Assembly: GCA_002104945.1 (NCBI GenBank)
Contig: MCFH01000052.1
Location: 248,001-312,000 of the forward strand
Origin: Piromyces finnis finn
Taxonomy: Eukaryota > Fungi > Neocallimastigomycota
Direction: 5' to 3'
DNA: 64,000 bases
Every line of letters starts with the position of its first letter. Position 1 is the first letter of the stretch. Under the pieces are notes generated by a model that made no database searches, was not told the origin of the DNA, and was given only the letters and a program-made list of their open reading frames with translations. This document shows positions 25,733-39,250 of this stretch, piece after piece. Made by a program: the position numbers and the translations under genes.

Positions 25733-27455
25733 GGTACTTCTAAAAAACTCAAAAACAAATACATTGCTACTGTATTTACCGATGCTCCCACTATGTACAA
25801 AGAAGCCATGTCTTGTATGTATTCTAAATACTGGAAAGCAACCATTCAAGATGAATTGAATAATTTATATTCTAATAAAATTATGACCCTGATAAAAAAT
25901 ACCCCTAAAAACAAAAATATTATATCTACTAAATGGGTTTTTGCTGATAGTAATAATAAAATTTTACGTTTTAAAGCCAGACTTGTCACTAGAGGTTTCC
26001 GTCAAAAACAAGGTATTGATTTTGACCTAACCTATTCTCCTACATTAAACATTGACAGTCTAAAATTTATTATTACTATTGCTGCAAAATTCAAGTAGGA
26101 TATATATCAACTTGATATAAAGCTGCCTACCTCAATTCTCCATTAGATACGACGTTTATACTACAATTCCACTTGGAGATAGCAACTTTGGGGAGGATAC
26201 TGGAAGCTGAATAAAGCTCTCTATGGTTTAAAACAATCAGGAAAACAATGGAATAAAACAATAGATAAATTCCTGAAAAATAATAACTTTAAACCATTAA
26301 AATCTGAGCCATGTATTTATACATTAAAAGAAAATAAATACGTAAAATGTATAATTGGTCTATACGTAGATGACATTGTTATAATTGGAAAAACAAAAAC
26401 AATAAAAAAGGTAATCGGCAAGATCAAGAATAAATTTAAAATATCAAATAGAGGCCCTATCAACTATATCCTAGGAATCAAGATTGAGAAGAAAGGACCA
26501 AAATACATTATTTCACAAGAAAATTACATTAATAATGTATTAATAATGTATTACAAATATTTCATATGGAAAACGTACGTAGAAGAAATACGCCATGTAC
26601 AATTATTGACAAAAGCACCTCAAATAATAATACATTTGATAATACAAAATATAAAAGTGCAATAGGTGTGCATTAATATACTTGTCAAAATGTACAAGAC
26701 CGGATATTGCGTTTGCAGTAAATAAAGCTACAAGAAAATCTGAAAATTCAATAGTATTTGACTAGAATACAATTGTAAACATATTCAGATACTTATCTAC
26801 TACGAATCATTACAAGATAGAATACAGTGGAGAAGGAAAAATCCAAGGATACACTGATTCTGACTACAGAGGCTCAGAAGATTATAAATCTACCTCTGGA
26901 GGGATAATCCTAATGGAAAACAGCCCTATATGCTGATTATCCAAGAAGCAAACTTGTGTAGCTACATCTACCACTGAGACTGAGTACATTAGTACGTCAA
27001 TGAATACGAAGAAAATCTTATTGATCAAAAACATGGTAGATGAAATTTTTAATTATAACAAAAATATAACTTTATTTACCGAAAACAAAGCAAGCAAAAA
27101 GATAATAGAAAACGGTGAAATAAATACGAAGTTAAAACATATCAACATACATTATCACTTCGTAATCGACAATATAATAAAAACAAAACTAAAATTAAAT
27201 ATAAAAACACCAAGGAAATGTTAACCGACCCTTTAACCAAATATCTACATGGTCCAGAAATGTCTGAATATACAAATATGATATTCTTAAAGAAAATCTA
27301 ATTTGAGGGGGAGTGTGAACATTTATGGACACATAATTTTATTTATCCATATCATATATTCATGAACACACGTATCCAATTAATAAAAACATAAACATGT
27401 ATTAAAAGTGTTGTAAACGCAACCTCTACGTGTTTTAGAAATAGTTTTTTTTATT
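25733..27455 (+). mobile_element. Copia-1 relic: RT, RNase H, PPT (27305-27313) and partial 3' LTR from 27314
   Basis: Collinear with 53600-55330, with stops and frameshifts. Confidence 0.9.
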
Positions 27456-27582
27456 ATAATTTATAAAAATATTTTAATTCTCATTATTTTATATATTATT
27501 TAAATATACTATATATTACGTATTTACTATGATATTATTTATTGATATAAAAGGCTGAAATTTTGAAGAAATTGAAAGTTTT

Positions 27583-29499
27583 TGTAAAGATACAATAATC
27601 TTTAGATTATTTAATAATTAATTATTAAATAATAAATTAATATTTAGTAAAATTAATTAAAGTCTTTAAAATAAATTTTATTGAATAATTTAATGATAAA
27701 TTATTTTATAATAATTCCGTTAAATTTAAATTAAGATAAATATTTAAATTTAAGGAATAACAGAATTTTAATTAAATTTAAATATTTCAAATATTTTAAA
27801 TAATCAAAATTTTTTTTAAATACTTTTTATTTAATTTTAGAATAGATTATACTTTTTTATTTAAATTTAGAATAGTTTAATAATTTTAACTTGGTTTTAA
27901 AAATAGATTTATTTATATTTCAATAGGAAATATATTAAGAATAGTATTGATAATATTAAATTAATTTATAGAAAATACATGGGCTTCATTCAATTTTGAG
28001 TTTACTCAAATTGAATTAAAAGTATAATGAATTAGTTTTAGTTTAGTTTTGTTATTTTATTATTTAATTAGATTAGTTTTATTTATTTTATATTAAGTAT
28101 ATGTTTATTTAAATAGAATAATATATTAGAATATAATTATGAAAAAATATTAATACATGTAGTTTTTGTTTGTTAAATCAATGTAATTGTTACTTTTAAT
28201 TTTTTAATTATTATATAGTTAATAATATTTTTAAGAGTTTTAAATAAAATGTTAATGTATAATTATATAATATGTAAAGTGGGCTTGGGTTGGTATGTAA
28301 CTTGGTCAGAATGTTTTATATAATATAACTTAATCTAGAATAAAATATTAAACTTGTTTATTATTAACCTTTTCTTTAAAACTTATTAAAGAATTTTAAA
28401 TAATACTAATTTAAAAATTAAATGGGTTTTTATATTTAAAATAAAAATTCTAATATAATTTAATTATGAAATTTATTTATTAATTATTTATTTATGAAAA
28501 TAATATTTAATAAGTTATATTATAGTTAATAATTAATTAATAATCTTACAAAGAATTTCAAAAATGATTTTAATTCTTTGTTTAAATACTTTTTCTTACA
28601 TATAATAAATTTACATTGATATTAATATTGATATTAATAAAGATAAAAATAAAATAATTTTAAATTAAAATATTAATAATTGATATTGATATTAATAATA
28701 TGAATTCATATGATAGATCTTAAGATTAATCTTTTAAATTACTTTTAAAATAAAAGTATTGTTTTAACCATTTTAAATTGTAAATATTTAATATTATAAA
28801 TTGAGAATAACAATTACTGATACTAATTATATATTCTCATGATCAATTAATTAATAATTATAACTAATAATTTTTGATCCAAAGGCTTTTTTGGTTTGAT
28901 TATGATTGAGGTTATTAATCCAAATTATTTGAAAAATTATTAATTAATTTTTATAATTGATTAGATTTGAAATCAAGAATACTTATTATCTAACTTTATT
29001 TAATAATAATGGAGAATTTTTAAATTGAATTATTTATAGAAAGTTAGATGACTTGAATAATGACTTTAACTATATAAATTAATATTGATCATTTTAATAT
29101 ATATTATATATTTATTGGAACTAATTAATTATTTAAATAGCTATATCTCAAAAACTAGTGGTCTAAATTAGCTGAAAATTTGTGAGAATATAGATCTCGA
29201 CTAGTACTTTCTATTAAAGTTGATTTGAGATTCAGAAGTTATCACTAGTTTCGTATAATATATTTTTTTCAAGGGTTAATTTATTGAAAATTAAATTTTT
29301 GTGATCCTTAACCCTTTTCAATATTAAATTTTTTCAAGTGATCTTTTAATTATTTTTAAAAGTATTTTATAATTTTTGAAATATAAATTTGATTTTTAAA
29401 TTGTTTATTTGAATATTTAATTTATTTTTTAATCGTCTTCTATTCTTGACATAATCTAACTAAGAATAAATATTAAGAAATTTAATATTAATTCTTACA
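27583..29499. mobile_element. LTR-K, inverted relative to 2779-3500, interrupted by LTR-C
   Basis: TGTAAAGATA is the reverse complement of the 3500 end. Resumes after 29451 and ends TTCTTACA at 29499. No TSD match, so the right end is less certain. Confidence 0.55.
28273..29451 (-). mobile_element. Solo LTR-C (1179 bp)
   Basis: TGTAAAGTGGGC...TCTTGACA, TSD TAATA/TAATC. Second copy at 39187-47331. Confidence 0.85.
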
Positions 29500-29506
29500 C
29501 AAAATT

Positions 29507-29991
29507 TGATGCGGTAAGAATATTATCTATAAATGAATATAGAAAGTAATAATATTTGTATCTAATATTTAATAAATAAAAATAAAGAAAATAAAAATAA
29601 ATGATTTTTATACTTGCTCATTTTGCAAGTGGTAGTTAGTTTTATAGAATAAAATTTATTTTATTTAATTATAAAATTGTATCATTATTTAATAACTCTA
29701 GTATTATTAAATAAAAAAAATATATGTTTTATATTCTAATTTTCAGGGATTATTAGTAACCCTTTTAAAAATAAGTTTTATTATAAAATCATTTTTTGAA
29801 TTTAATGTTTAAAAATATATATCTAATTTTTCGCTCTGGATTATTAGGAACCATTTAATAAGTTTAATATAATATATCTAATTTTACTGGATTATTAGGA
29901 ACAATTTTAAAAAGAACATTTTTCTATTACTATTTATACAAAATTATTATTTTAAAGTATAACTATAAACAAATATAAACTATTTAATTTA

Positions 29992-30022
<31 letters not shown>

Positions 30023-30098
30023 TTTACATTTATAATTTTTAATTTAATAATTTTATACATGTTAAATATTTTAATTTTTATCTGTGTTTTAATTATTG

Positions 30099-30130
<32 letters not shown>

Positions 30131-30151
30131 TATAAATATAATTATTTATCA
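29507..30151 (-). mobile_element. Solo LTR-G, reverse orientation
   Basis: Reverse complement of 62261-62775-type sequence; 4-bp TSD AATT; absent from unit 2. Confidence 0.85.
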
Positions 30152-30155
30152 AATT

Positions 30156-31620
30156 TGACACAAGTTTAAATATACCTTAATTCTAAATAAAATTAGAAAG
30201 TGGTATATTTGTGTGTAATTGAATGATTTATTTTTACTTGCTCATTCTACAAGTTTATATAATTATTAAATATAATTTAACGTTTTAAGAACATTTTGTT
30301 TTATAATATTAGTTTATTTATTTAAAATAAATGTATAATACATCTCGCTATGTATTATAAAAAAAATATATTAATTTATTATTTTTATTAATAAAATATT
30401 CTAATTTTCCTGACTAATTAGTAACAGTTTTTAAAATAATATTTTCTATTTCTATTTATACTATTTAATTATATTTAAGTTTGTTCATAAGCAAAAGTTA
30501 TTTATATTTTACATTTTTAAAATTTAATTAAATATTTATATTTTACATTATTTTAATTGTTTACTATTTGTTAAGTTTTTGGGTTTGGTTATGTGGCCAG
30601 GTCAGAATGTTTTAAATATATAGTAAAAATGTTTTTTAAGAAATTAAATTTAAATATAAAATAGCACTTTAAACTTCCAAATGAAAAATTAATATTTATT
30701 TTTTAAAATAACTTTTTATAAAATTTTATTTATCTAGTAATAATAATATAAATGATAATATATTTAATAACTATATAATTAAGATTATAACTATAATCTT
30801 TACAAAGGATTAAAATCGAATTCAATTCATTCTCTTTTATATTTTTTGTTCAGATTATTAAATTGATAAAAATAAAGTATTACATGTAATATATTAATAA
30901 TATAATTAAATAAGTAATAAGATTGTTTGTTTGTTTGTTTGTATGTTTGTTTGTCATGACATAAAAATAAAATAAACATATGATTAATCATTTAAACACT
31001 TGATCCGTTAACCTATTTTATAATAATTAAAATTATTTAATTTATAAATGTTAACTGTTACACCTAAATAGTTTAGTTCTATTTTTAGTAATAGTCATTA
31101 TCATTAATTAAATTAATATAATTAAAATTCCTATTGATATATTTTTAATTTTCGTAAATCATAAGAAGTGTTTATGATCCATACTTGGTATCATATTGAT
31201 TTTAATTTACCTATTAAAATCTTTGAATGATCATAGCTTCTTTAAATGATCAGTTAAAAGGACCGTGGTTGTACCAAAATGTAGCTTTTTCCTTAAGCTT
31301 TCTATTAAACTTGGTTTCACAGCCGTAGTACTTACAGCCGTAACGATCGTTTTTAGCGAGTTATGCCTTGTTTCGTATTTGTTTATTTTTGGCTAAGGTT
31401 ATAGTGTATTGATATTAAATTTTTGAAATCATAACTATTTCACTGAATCAAAATTTAAAAGGTGACTATTAAAGGTGTTTTACTGAAATTATTTAATTAT
31501 AATTTTTTATGTTTAATTGATTATAGATATTATCTGAATTTGTTTTAAATCCAGTTAATATCTTTACACTATTATTTTAATTTATATTAATTTATAATTT
31601 ATAAATTTCATTCTTTATCA
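30156..31620 (-). mobile_element. LTR-G2 (G-related), interrupted by LTR-A
   Basis: TGACAC...CTTTATCA. The right end read on minus (TGATAAAGAATGAAATTTATAAATT) matches the LTR-G start. Flanked by AATT/AATT. Confidence 0.7.
30569..31568 (-). mobile_element. Solo LTR-A (1000 bp)
   Basis: TG...CA, TSD CTATT. Empty site (single CTATT) near 47680 in unit 2. Confidence 0.92.
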
Positions 31621-31623
31621 AAT

Positions 31624-32207
31624 TTATACAGATTTTTTGTATATGAATAAATCAAGTATCAATATAATAAATAGGATAAGCAAGTTGGGAATTATAAAAT
31701 AATATATTCTAATATGAATAACACAATAATAAGGATAACTCAGATTAAAATATAAAGTAAATAAATAATATTTGAATTTTGTTTTATTATTTTAAATTCT
31801 TACTTTTTGTGTGTTATAATAATTTAATTTATTATAACTTTACAATTAGAATAATAAAAAACCTAATGTATTAATCAACTATATAAGATTATTTAAACCT
31901 ATTAAATAATTATACTAATTTACAGTATTATAATATAAATTCCTTTTTTATTTCTTCTTTTCCAAAAAAAACCCCCTCTACTATTTTTTTAAACTTTTCT
32001 TCTTTAAAATAATAGAATATCACATTAAAGTAATTTTATATTAACTATTTGATTGGAAATCTTATACTAAATTAATAGTCTAATAATTATTTAATTATAA
32101 CTATTTTTGTATATAATTAATTATATTATCCTAACCTATTGCTTTATGAATATAATATTTTATTGTAAAATACTAAATTATTATAATTTTATAGTGGTAA
32201 CGTATCA
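31624..32207. mobile_element. Probable solo LTR family I
   Basis: Absent from unit 2; ends CGTATCA like G/H; flanked by AAAT/AAAT; 5' dinucleotide is TT, not TG. Confidence 0.55.
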
Positions 32208-33460
32208 AAATTGATGCGTTGACCGATATATTTTTGAATAATATATGTTTTTTAATAAATAATAAATTCTATATTATTATGATGAAACAATAAATTTAAA
32301 ATAAAATAAAATATATTTTATAATTAACAAATAAATCACTCAAAACTCGAAAATAAACTCTTATTATGTTTTAAATTAAATCTTTATTATATTTTATTAT
32401 CTATTTATTATCTATTTATTGTCTTTTTATTCTCTATTTATTGTCCCCTTTTTATGAAGAAGAATTTTATCTTCCTTTTATACATTTTCATTTATTACAT
32501 GTATTATTATTTTTAACTATTAAATATTATTATTACTATTGTTATTATTTATTAAAATTAAAAGAATAAATTAAAATTATGTCTTAGTATTATAAAATAT
32601 TATAGAATATTACTTATTTGATTTTCTTATTATTTCAAAATGTTTAAATTTAGAAAAATTATTATAAATTACCATTGACTATCATTAAATGTATAATACC
32701 TTGAATAAAATAATTAAATTTAAAAATTAAAATAAAATTAAAATAAAATTATAACAAAATTAAAATAATAAAAGTATCAATTATTATAAACATTCATTTT
32801 ATACAGAAACATAAAAGAGTTCTGTATTTTATCTTTAGAATTGTTATTATTATTCTATTTCCAGGTTTTAAGTTTATCATTTTTAGTAATAATTACTCAA
32901 TTAGTTATTTATTAATTTATAAGTTTAAAAGAATTTCTAAAGAAAACTTGGATAAAACACTAGAATTAATAATTTGATGTATACCATTTTATTTTTAGTT
33001 TATTTATTCATTTTTATTTATTCATTATTATTTTATTATTTTAATACATTATTGGATTAAGTCGTTTTATTTTATTTAATAATTTATTTTATTATTATCA
33101 CTATTAGGTCGTTTTTACTCAGAATTTATTATATAATAAAGAGAATATTATTTATTTAAGAAAGGGTTATATCTTCATAAAATTATTATTCATTCATTTT
33201 TAAGTGTTATTATCATTTATTTTTGTAAAAATAAAATACATTCTAAAACAATATTTTATGTATTTTTTATGTATTTGTATTTTATAAAATTATAAATTAA
33301 TATTGTACTACATTTTTTATTCCTTGGTTACTTTTAAAAAGGTTTAAGAAAGTTACAATATTTATATTATAAAATAAATAAATATAAATAAATAAAAGAT
33401 TATAAAAACCCAAATAGTTTTATTAATAAATTTAAGTGTAAACTAAATTTATCCCTGACA

Positions 33461-33475
33461 GATTAAGAGTCTCAA
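33461..33475 (+). promoter_or_regulatory. Copia-2 PBS GATTAAGAGTCTCAA (complementary to tRNA-Lys(CUU) anticodon arm)
   Basis: Abuts the 5' LTR; identical to the Copia-1 PBS. Confidence 0.75.
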
Positions 33476-33505
33476 TTGCTATTATATCTAAGTTTTTTTT
33501 TTAAT

Positions 33506-36500
33506 GTGTCTGAAGGAAAATCTAACGGAGATACTAGATCAATTCCTATGTTTGATCCTACTGTTATGTTAGGAAAGATCACTTATGAACTAAACAATAA
33601 AAATTTCATAACGTGGCAAATGTTCATGAGGAACATTTTAAACTATTATAGTCTTGAAGATTGGGTCGACGAAAACAAAACCCCAAAAATTAAAAATGAT
33701 GAAGAAATGGATATCGATGGAGAGAAATACCTAAAAGCTCCTTTTGAAGCAAATACATACTATGATAAATCAGTAACAGAAAATGATTTGAAGACGGACA
33801 GAAATATACAATTCTTAATTAGATATACCTTAGGTCCAAACTGCCAACAAGATATCCAAGATAGGTCTTTAACAAGCTACGAAATGTGGAAATTGTTAGA
33901 AGACATTTATTTAGGGGACAAAATAGAAAGAAAGAATAGGCTCATTAAGGAAACTAACTCCTTAAAATATGACCCAAAAGAAAGTTTTTCAAGATTTGTA
34001 AACAAGTTAGAACAACTAAATGTGAAAATAGATGATAAAGAAAAAATAGGTCTATTATACCAGGCTTTACCAGAAAAATATAGGAAAGTTACAGTCCTTA
34101 AGCATGAAGACTGGGAGGAATGCAAAAAGAACACTGCTAAAATGATAAACAAGATGAATAAATTTGATCCAAAAGAAAAATCAGAAACTTTCGGAATTAG
34201 CCATATTTTTAATGTAGAAAGCAGTTATAAAAATGATAAAAGAAAGGAAAATTCAAAATTTTACCGCAATAAACAAAGTAAAAATACAAGTAAAGGAAAA
34301 GAAAAGTCCAATGAAGAAAGAAATTGGAAAAACAAAAATAAACAAAACGTTACATGTTATTTTTGTCATCAAAAAGGACACACTGTAAAACAATGACGTA
34401 TTCAAAAAGAACTTTCAGAAGAAGTTACAAGAAGGTTAAGAAAAGAGAAAACTAAAGGCAAGGAAGCATCTTTAACAACAAGCGAAAAGGTAAATAAACA
34501 AACCACTGAAGATTTTGAACCAGAAGTCGGATATCAAGATTTGTTTACAGTTGATTACAATACATTTTTTGACAATAATAATGATGAATGTAACAATAAA
34601 TCATGCAATTATGTATCTTGTGAAAATGTACCTACAAGTTTTACTACATGGACATTAGATTCTGGTGCTTCTAATCATATTACCAAAGACATAAGAATTC
34701 TTAAAAATGTTTTTGAACATGAAGAACCAATCAATTTCGCAAATGGAGTGACTACAAAGTCAACACATATGAGTGAAGTAAATGAATGAATCTGTTAATG
34801 AAGAGCCAATAAAATTAGAAGATGTAATGTACATTCCAGATGTAAAACAAAATTCAATTTCTGTTGCCAAATTAGTTAAGAGTGGCTACCAAATAATCTT
34901 TGATGAGAAGAACAATAATGTATTTGCATACATAATAGATAAGAAAACAGAAAATGTATACGAAGTCAAAGCAAATGAATATGATGTATTCAATTTGTAC
35001 ATCAAAGAAAGTAATGCAGTTAATAATTATTCAATGTGCAATAATGTACGAAACAATGGAGAATACTGGCATAGAAGAATTGGGCATTTGAATTTCAATA
35101 ATAATGATGAAAAGAACAACGTTCACAATTGTACAATATACATAAGAAGCAAAATGAAAGAAATCCCTCATAAAAGGTCATTTAGTAGAGCATCAAGTTT
35201 CTTGGAACTAGTACATATCGATTTGGTAGGTCTAATTACACCATCAATTCATGACAATACATACTTTTTAAGTATTTTAGATGATTACAGTCGATATGGA
35301 TGGGTAATCTTTGTCAAGAATAAAAGTGATGTATTCAAAGAATTTGGAAATTGGCTGAACAAAACAATTAATTAACTATCATCCAAAGTAAAATATCTTA
35401 GAAATGATAATGGAACTGAATTCACTTCAAACAACTTTAAGGAGTTATGTAATAAATATGGAATAACTCAACAATTCACAGTCCCTGGAAATCCGGAACA
35501 GAATGGAAGAGCAGAAAGATTTAATGGAAAGTTAATAAAAACTGCTACCGCAATGTTAATGGATGCAAAATTGTGCCGTCGCTTTTGGGAAGATGCTGTG
35601 AAAACAGCAAACTATGTCCATAATCGAGTTCCGCACAGTGGAATTAATGGTGAAATATCATTTGAATTAATGTACAACAGAAAAGTTGATTATGGAAATA
35701 TAAGAGTATTTGGATGTAAAGTATATTATTTAGATGACAGTAATATTCTGAAATTTCAAGACAAAACTAAGGAGGGAATCTTTATCGGATATGATGAATC
35801 CTCAGTAGGATACAGAATATTCGACATAAAATCAAGAAAAATTAAAGTGAAAAGAGTCGTAGGTTTTATAGAAGAAGAACCTGTTGACTACAATTATGAC
35901 TTAGAAAAGGAAAATAATAATGAAATATATAGTCAAGATACAGGAACTTTTCAAGTAAAGAATTTTAATTATCTGTATGAGAGAAAGAATGAAAATAAAG
36001 ATAAGAAGGAAAAAGATATTTTAAATGTAAACGACAATTCAATGAATGAAAACTTGGAAATACTTAATGATAAAACCAGTAATAAAGAAGACTTAAAAGA
36101 AGTTAATTATGAAGAAAAATTTAAAAATATTGAAGAAATGTTAGATAAACTTACATCATTATTAAATAAAGAAAAAACAATAGTTCTGAAAACTTTATGC
36201 AAGTTTATGAAGACACCAATGATAGTAGCATGAGTTTAGAAGAAGACAATATTATGAATAATAAAAATAGTGACTCTGAAGAAGACTTAAATCTCTTAGA
36301 TTATATTAAATTAAAAGAAAAGCAAAAAGGATACTTAAACAAAAATAATTACCAGGAAAGTGAAGAGATAGTAGAAGATAAAGAAATGGAAACAAGTATT
36401 TCAATGGAATCTATAAGTGAAACCATTAAAGAAGAAGAAAACAACAACGACATTCCAGAAAGCAACAATGATAATATAAGTAATAATAAAAAGAAATATA

Positions 36501-38886
36501 AATCTACCTTGGAAGGAAATAATTTAAATTATAATAATGTTGACGAAATTGAAAATTGAAAAATTGAAGAAGTAAATTTAAATATAAAGAAAAACAAGGA
36601 CAATAAAGATATAAATAATAAAGACAAAATAAATATATTAAAAGAACTTAAAAAGAATAATAAATACCTGAATCCAAATGGAAATGCTCATTTTACAAAA
36701 GAAAATTCAGACAATGTAAACAAAAATGAATTTATTGAAGAAGTATTGGAAACATCAACAGAAATGAAGATAGATAATCTAATTGGAGAAATTAAAAATA
36801 ATGACTTTTTAAATATCCTGAGTCCTGACATTGATTTAGAAATTCGAAAGAAAATTGATTTCGAAAACATTGATAATATCAAAAATAATATAAATGAAAA
36901 TAATACCAAAGAAATAGAAAATAATCATTCAAATTTAAATATAACTTATTATAATGAAGAACAATATAAAAAACATCACATACCTTTAAATGAAAATGAA
37001 GTAAAAAGAAAGCTGAGCAAAGAAAATATTAAAATTCCTGATGAAAATTTAAATTTAAAAATAATTCTGATGAAAAAGGAAGTAATTTGAATAATCAAAA
37101 TAAAAAGAAATATAATTTGCGAAATTTAAATAGAAATGAAATTAAAGATCCAATCAATGATAGATTTAAGGAAAAATTTTTTGATAAGAAAAAGTTAATA
37201 TCAAAGCAAAATTTTTTGAATAAAAGAAATTTAAATAGAAAGCTGAAATCCAATAAAAATTTTAAATTAAATGAAAATCATCCACCAAAGGAAGAAAATT
37301 TAAAAGGTGAATCAATAGAAGAAAATTTTTCAAGAAAGCGGAAATTTGTTTCAAGTGAAGATACTATAGAAGAAAAAGTTAGTAATCCACATGAACATGA
37401 ACCAGAAAAGAAGAAAATTAAGGAAGTGGCATTAACAATAGCACAAATTAAGGAACCAAATTCTTATGGTGATATCTTTAAAAGAAAAGAAAAGGATAAG
37501 TGGATAAAAGCAATAGAAGCCGAACTACTAAACATGAAAGAAAGAAAAGTGTTCAAAAGAATAGATGAAGTTCCAGAAGGCGCAAATATTATTGATTCAA
37601 GATGGGTATTTAAAATCAAAAGGAATAGCACTGGTGAGATAGAAAAATACAAAGCTAGACTTGTAGCCAGAGGTTTCACACAAGAATATGGAGAAGACTA
37701 CAATGAAACTTTTTCTCCCACCCTAAAACAAGACTCATTAAGAATTCTAATAGGAATAGCAGCAATTAACAATTACAAAATCCATCAATTAGACGTCAAG
37801 GCCGCATATTTATATGCAGATTTAAAAGAAGATATATATATGAAAGCACCTGAAGGAGATAAAATGTATAAAAAAGGTTTTTGGAAATTAGATAAAGCAT
37901 TATATGGCCTGAAACAAGCAGCAAGAGAATGGAATAACAACATCAGCAATACTCTCACGGAACTAGGATTTCAGAAATTAGTTATCGAACCATGCATATT
38001 TATAAAAATCAAAAACAATAAATTAATAAAAGAAAAATATGTTATCACGGATGTTGGTAATGCAAACTTTATTATAGGAATCAAAGTAGAAACGTTAAAA
38101 GATGGGTATTTGTTACATCAAGAAAGGTATCTAAAAGATATATTACACAAATTTGGTTTAGAAAACTGCAGAGGATCAAAGACAACTACACCAATCAAGA
38201 ATGATGAACAACTCAATCAGCCTTTTGACCCTACTACTTATAGAGCTGCAATAGGAAGTCTTTTATATTTAGCCATAGGCACTCGTCCAAATATTTTATT
38301 TTCAGTAACCAAAGCATCTAGGTTCTCACAGAATCCTACTATCCAAAATTGGAAGAATGTATTACAGATATTCAAATATCTGAAAGAAAACCCTCATTAT
38401 GGAATCCGTTTTGAAAGAAACTTAAATTTGAAGATTTTTGTAGATTCAGACGATGGGGGAGATGAAGAAACAAGAAAGTCTACCACTGGATTTGTATTGA
38501 GAAATGGACCAATTAACTGATACTCAAAACTGCAAAAATGTGTATCAACTTCAACCGCCGAAGCAGAATATTATGGGCTTTGTGAATGCTCAAAGCAAGC
38601 TTTGTGGTATAGAAATATCTTCAGTGAATTAAAAATAAAGAAAGAATGTTTAAAAATCAATATTGATAATCAAGCAACTATTTATAACGAAAATAATGAA
38701 ATAATTAATCCAAAGTCAAAACATATTGATATTAAGTATCATAAAGTAAGAGAATTAATTAAAGAAAATAAAATCAGTCCAGAATATATAAAATCAGAAG
38801 AAAATTTAGCAGATGCTTTTACTAAATACTTGAATAAAAATAAGATGAAAATATTTAGAGATAGTCTATTATATAAATACAAATAA
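33506..38886 (+). pseudogene. gag-pol: Copia-2 gag-pol, disrupted
   Basis: Gag, CYFCHQKGH knuckle, LDSGAS protease, WHRRIGH/HIDLVG/DDYSRY integrase, KARLVARGF/YGLKQAAREW RT (YVDD missing), RNase H. Confidence 0.93.
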
Positions 38887-39250
38887 TGAATTTATAACTT
38901 TGGGGAGTGTGAAAATAAAATACATTCCAAAATAATATTTTATGTATTTTTTATGTATTTGAATTTTATAAAATTATAAATTAATATTGTACTACATTTT
39001 TTATTCTTTGGTTACTTTTAAAAAAGGTTTAAGAAAGTTACAATATTATTTATTTATATTATAAAATAAATATAAATAAATAAATAAAAGATTATAAAAA
39101 CCCAAATAGTTTTATTAATAAATTTAAATGTAAACTAAATTTATCCCTGACAATTTTTATTATAAGTTACTATGGGTTAAGTCGTGTGTAAAGTGGGCTA
39201 GGGTTGATATGTAACTTGGTCAGTGTAACGAATCTATTAGATAATTAATA

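Larger units (their letters stand above)
33224..39152 (+). mobile_element. Copia-2: full-length decayed Ty1/Copia element
   Basis: LTRs 33224-33460 and 38908-39152 (about six substitutions plus indels), TSD ATTTT, PPT GGGGAG. Empty site near 48795. Confidence 0.95.
32212..39186. mobile_element. LTR-H copy 1 (hosts Copia-2; truncated at TCGTG by LTR-C)
   Basis: Starts TGATGCG, inverted-repeat-like to the CGTATCA end; collinear with 47769-48828. Confidence 0.65.

Noticed and set aside
7320-38886. Programmed frameshifting or readthrough in Gypsy-1, Gypsy-2 and Copia-2
   Set aside because: Lesions are many and fall inside catalytic domains; intact relatives use single ORFs.
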